From: Adhaeribacter swui
GTDB lineage: Bacteria; Bacteroidota; Bacteroidia; Cytophagales; Hymenobacteraceae
NCBI RefSeq assembly: GCF_014217805.1
Contig: NZ_CP055156.1
Span: 1,802,585-1,866,584, forward strand
DNA length: 64,000 bases
Reading direction: 5' to 3'
The notes under the pieces were generated by a model. It did not search any database, was not told the DNA's origin, and saw only the letters and a program-made list of their open reading frames with translations. Position numbers and translations under genes: made by a program. Below, piece by piece: positions 60,856-64,000 of the stretch; position 1 is the first letter of the stretch; every line of letters begins with the position of its first letter.

Positions 60856-61752
60856 ATGAAACCTGTTATCCGGAAGTCAGCTAATCAAACCACGGGGTCT
60901 TTTACCGTAAAGAAACTGCATGATCCGCATTTCGACCCGAACTGGCATTTTCATCCGGAGTATCAGTTATTTTTGGTGCTGGAGGGTACGGGCACCCGAT
61001 TTATCGGGGATTCTATCCAGCATTTTGAAGCGGGTGATTTGGTTTTTACCGGGCCAAATTTGCCCCATTTGTGGCGAAGCGATACGGTTTATTTTAAAGG
61101 CAACCCGGATTGCCAGGTACAAGGCATCGTGGTTTATTTTGATGCGCACTTTTTAGGAACTGATTTTTTTCATAAGCCCGAAATGTTCGCTCTAAAACAC
61201 CTGCTGCAACAATCGGAACGGGGTTTAGAAATACTGGGGTATACCCGCGATATTTTAACGCACCAAATAAAAGCATTGGAGCAATTAACCGGCTTCGACC
61301 GGATTCTGGTTTTGCTGGAGATATTACATACGCTGGCCCGCTCTACGGAGTACAACCTACTATCCAGCAACGGTTTTACCAACACCTTTAAACCTTCGGA
61401 TACCCCCCGGATGCAGCAAGTACACGATTACGTATTAACTAATTTTAAAAATTCGATTTCGCTGGAATCCGTGGCCGAAGTGGCCAATATGAGTCCCTCG
61501 GCTTTTTGCCGGTATTTTAAAGCCAGGGCTAATAAAACTTTTTACGATTTTGTGAGCGAAATCCGGATTGGTTATGCCTGTAAATTACTCATCGAAGAAA
61601 AATGGACCGTTACCCAGATTTGTTACGAAAGCGGGTACAAAACCTTATCTAACTTTAATACCCAATTTAAAGCCATTACGGGTTTAAGTCCTTTGCAGTA
61701 CCAAAAGCAATACCTGAGCAGTAACCTGCCCGAAAATAAAAAAGCCGGATAA
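60856..61752 (+). CDS. AraC-family transcriptional regulator (cupin sensor + HTH)
   Basis: N-terminal cupin-like domain; C-terminal AraC HTH (SLESVAEVANMSPSAFCRYFK...TQICYESGYKTLSNFNTQFKAITGLSPLQY). Confidence 0.8.
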   Translation: MKPVIRKSANQTTGSFTVKKLHDPHFDPNWHFHPEYQLFLVLEGTGTRFIGDSIQHFEAGDLVFTGPNLPHLWRSDTVYFKGNPDCQVQGIVVYFDAHFLGTDFFHKPEMFALKHLLQQSERGLEILGYTRDILTHQIKALEQLTGFDRILVLLEILHTLARSTEYNLLSSNGFTNTFKPSDTPRMQQVHDYVLTNFKNSISLESVAEVANMSPSAFCRYFKARANKTFYDFVSEIRIGYACKLLIEEKWTVTQICYESGYKTLSNFNTQFKAITGLSPLQYQKQYLSSNLPENKKAG

Positions 61753-61766
61753 AATCCGGCTTTTCT
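61738..61766. terminator. bidirectional rho-independent terminator
   Basis: aaaagccggat-aaaa-tccggcttttc between convergent genes. Confidence 0.75.
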
Positions 61767-61767
61767 G

Positions 61768-62694
61768 TTACCAACGGCGGTTATCATCGTCGTTATTGCG
61801 ATCGCGCCAACGGTCGTTGGTCCGGCGGCGGGAGTCATCCTCGTCGGCCCAACGTGGCCCTGATTCGTAGCCCCGGTTAAAATTACGCGGCTCGTTGCGC
61901 CAATTCTGATTTTGTTGATTATTCCGGTTAGTATCCCGTTCGTTCTGTATATCGTCCGGATGCGTAAACGTACGCCAGTCTTCGCGCACCTGGTCTACAA
62001 TACGGCCAAAAAAGCCCCGGTTGTCGTGGTTCCGGTTCTGGTCATGATCATGGTCGTTATCTTGGCCCGGAGTTTCCCAGTGCCGGTTACCGCTGCCGTA
62101 GCGATAGTCTTCGGCGGCAAATTGCTTTCGGTCATCAAACATACGGGGTTCTTCGCCAGCGTAAAAGCGGTTATCACTCTCGGTGTATCGGTCGTAACCG
62201 CGGTTGTCGTTGTTATCGTAGCGGTTATTCTGGTACTGGTTATTTTGCTGGTACCGATTGCCTTGGTTGTACCGGTAATCCTGGTTATAATTATTTTGGT
62301 TCCGGTTATTTTGGTTAAACTGGTTATCGTTCACGCGTTCTTCGTGGCGATAATTTTCCTGACCTCTATCTACCGGCCAGTTTTGCTGGTTCCGCGAATT
62401 GTTTTGCCCGAATGCTTGGTTTTGGTCGTAGTTCTGGTTAGAATTCCGGCGATGGTCCCGATTATCCCCAAAATTTATATCAGCATTCCGGTAAGCGCTG
62501 TTAGGGTCGGCACCGTAATGTTGGTTGCCGCGGTTATTAAAATCCGCATTATTGCGGTAATCGTAATTGTTCCGGTACTGATTGTTAGAATTCTGGTTGC
62601 GGTTATCTTCGGCTATGCGTTTGCCTATCCGTTGATTTTCTTCCAAACGATCGTCCCGATCATCTTGTCTTCTATTATTTTGATAATCTTGCAT
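61768..62694 (-). CDS. extreme low-complexity N/Q/R/D/Y-rich hydrophilic protein (predicted intrinsically disordered)
   Basis: 308-aa ORF almost devoid of hydrophobic residues, repeats of NQN, RNN, DNR, YRN; bounded by a terminator at 61738-61766; coding strand uncertain (see rejected antisense ORF). Confidence 0.45.
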   Translation of the reverse strand: MQDYQNNRRQDDRDDRLEENQRIGKRIAEDNRNQNSNNQYRNNYDYRNNADFNNRGNQHYGADPNSAYRNADINFGDNRDHRRNSNQNYDQNQAFGQNNSRNQQNWPVDRGQENYRHEERVNDNQFNQNNRNQNNYNQDYRYNQGNRYQQNNQYQNNRYDNNDNRGYDRYTESDNRFYAGEEPRMFDDRKQFAAEDYRYGSGNRHWETPGQDNDHDHDQNRNHDNRGFFGRIVDQVREDWRTFTHPDDIQNERDTNRNNQQNQNWRNEPRNFNRGYESGPRWADEDDSRRRTNDRWRDRNNDDDNRRW

Positions 62695-63055
62695 GTTTTT
62701 TCAATTAAGGTAAATGACTGTACGCTCCTTAGTTACAGAGCGTGATCCCCATTTTCTACGAAGACGAAAGTATAGGGTTGATGTTTAGGCATACTTCTCT
62801 TTTAAATTCCTGGTTTGGGGTGTTGCTGGCTGCCAACAAAGAGATAAACCTAAGACTAAAACTCGCTGTATTCACCTGTTTTTATATAGGCTTCCGCTAT
62901 ATTTATTCCTATTTTTAGATAATATTTAACGAGTATATTCTCTATTCAAGTTTGTTTTGGGCATTTATAAGAAATTGAAAAAATTATAATTCCTTTTTTT
63001 TGAAATTTCTGAGATACCTGTAACTTACCAGAATAATCGTTTTTTATTTCACGTC

Positions 63056-63481
63056 ATGACCATTCCAGAGAGCAAGCAATTCTTTGAAGACAAAGGATAC
63101 TTAGTAGGTGATGCAGTACAAATGTACCGCACTGAAGATGACAAACTTTTATTTGCCCGTATGCGCTTTTTACACTTGTTTTTTGAAAGTGGCATTAAAA
63201 AGAATTACGACGAACAATATTTAGAAAAATTATGCCTGTACCTGGATAGCATGTGCAGTTTGGTATTTAATTATAATGTATTGTTTACTGCAGAGCCCGC
63301 AACCCATACTCCTATAAACCAATTGGTATTTTTTGCGCTGCCCAAAGATTTACACGAAATTCTGTTAAACTTACGTTTTCAGGAATTGATTTTTGCGGAG
63401 CTCGAAGAGTATGAAATTTGTGCTAATATCTCGTTTGCCCAACAATGCGTTTTAAACGAAATTGCCCGCAAATCAGAATAA
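63056..63481 (+). CDS. hypothetical protein
   Basis: 141-aa ORF followed by a terminator hairpin. Confidence 0.5.
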   Translation: MTIPESKQFFEDKGYLVGDAVQMYRTEDDKLLFARMRFLHLFFESGIKKNYDEQYLEKLCLYLDSMCSLVFNYNVLFTAEPATHTPINQLVFFALPKDLHEILLNLRFQELIFAELEEYEICANISFAQQCVLNEIARKSE

Positions 63482-63504
63482 GAAAAAGAGCTTAAATAAA
63501 TACT

Positions 63505-63538
63505 AAAAAGGCTGTTTATTTACGAGCAGCCTTTTTAG
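63505..63538. terminator. bidirectional rho-independent terminator
   Basis: aaaaaggctg-tttatttacgag-cagcctttttag. Confidence 0.75.
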
Positions 63539-63559
63539 TATTTTGTTCTTTATAGTTAT

Positions 63560-64000
63560 TTACCGCTTTCTGGGTTGTTGCCCCCCCTCGCCTTCTTCTT
63601 TTAAACCGGCCTGGTTCTCGAGGCTACCGGTGTTTAATTCTTCTTTCCGGTTCTTGCCCGGGGTATTTTGTCCGGGGCTCTGGGTATCATGACCTTGATG
63701 GTTGCCTTTTTGGCCGCTGTGGCCAGGTCCCATGCCGCCCCGGTGTGTGCCGTGGCCGGTATCTTTATCGCTAATGGTGTGGGGCTGCTTGCCGTGTGGG
63801 GTAGGTTCTTTGCCTAAGCCGCTTTTTTCGCCGGGGCCACCGCCCCGCCGGCCTAATACATCGCCGCCACCGTTAAAATCATCGTGCGCCTGGCCTTTAT
63901 CTACTTCTCCGCCCACATCGTTTACATCGTCCAGGTTGCGGTTGTTTTCATCCACATTGGTTACCTCATCTATATTATCAATCTGAGGCGCATTTGGTGT
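63560..64000 (-). CDS. G/H/D/P-rich low-complexity hydrophilic protein (5'-partial; continues beyond window end)
   Basis: The reading frame stays open upstream of the listed Met to the window edge; composition dominated by G, H, D, P, K, Q. Confidence 0.4.
   Translation of the reverse strand, partial: TPNAPQIDNIDEVTNVDENNRNLDDVNDVGGEVDKGQAHDDFNGGGDVLGRRGGGPGEKSGLGKEPTPHGKQPHTISDKDTGHGTHRGGMGPGHSGQKGNHQGHDTQSPGQNTPGKNRKEELNTGSLENQAGLKEEGEGGQQPRKR

Noticed and set aside
61912-62745. 277-aa V/I/L-rich ORF on plus strand
   Set aside because: It is a mirror-image artefact of the N/Q/R-rich minus-strand ORF. It is uniformly hydrophobic without loops or charged residues and would overlap the terminator. 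It is kept only as the alternative in the strand-ambiguity finding.
1-64000. tRNA, rRNA, tmRNA or RNase P genes
   Set aside because: No cloverleaf-like segments with conserved T-loop (GTTCRANYC) or other hallmark RNA motifs were recognised in any intergenic region.

Overview
The window reads as a chromosomal segment from a Bacteroidota (Cytophagia/Hymenobacteraceae-like) genome. This is inferred from a T9SS C-terminal sorting domain, an ECF sigma/anti-sigma pair with a TonB C-terminus, GloVer-like repeats, about 45-50% GC, and very AT-rich intergenic regions carrying a recurrent TTTTAAAAATTT motif. Coding density is high and includes recognisable housekeeping genes: fumC, radA, lysC, rsmI, suhB-like, MscS and MFS. 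There is a secreted peptidase set (M28, M20, two S41) and a sugar-oxidation cluster (ThuA-domain giant lipoprotein, xylose-isomerase-like TIM barrel, two Gfo/Idh/MocA oxidoreductases, AraC regulators). Several large or unusual loci stand out. (1) A four-gene minus-strand operon at 25443-33781 encodes an NfeD/YqiJ-like protein, a 724-aa flotillin/SPFH protein, a 139-aa unknown and a 1649-aa coiled-coil protein with a C-terminal classical AAA+ module; a cytoplasmic PLD/Nuc-like nuclease (34030-34497) is transcribed divergently from it. This is my top candidate for an undescribed system. (2) A 1580-aa DUF4011-type Upf1-like SF1 helicase (43911-48653) carries a C-terminal DUF559/PD-(D/E)xK endonuclease plus a DUF3320-like tail. 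(3) Immediately downstream of it is a sigma-54 response regulator interrupted by a single in-frame TAA where a conserved Glu is expected. (4) Several families of structured intergenic repeats occur: a ~150-170 bp element in 4 copies, a ~200 bp element in 2 inverted copies, a 25-bp perfect palindrome in 4 copies, and three 27-bp palindromes near fumC. (5) Two extremely low-complexity hydrophilic proteins are encoded near the 3' end (N/Q/R/D/Y-rich and G/H/D-rich). No rRNA, tRNA, CRISPR array or transposase/integrase was recognised.
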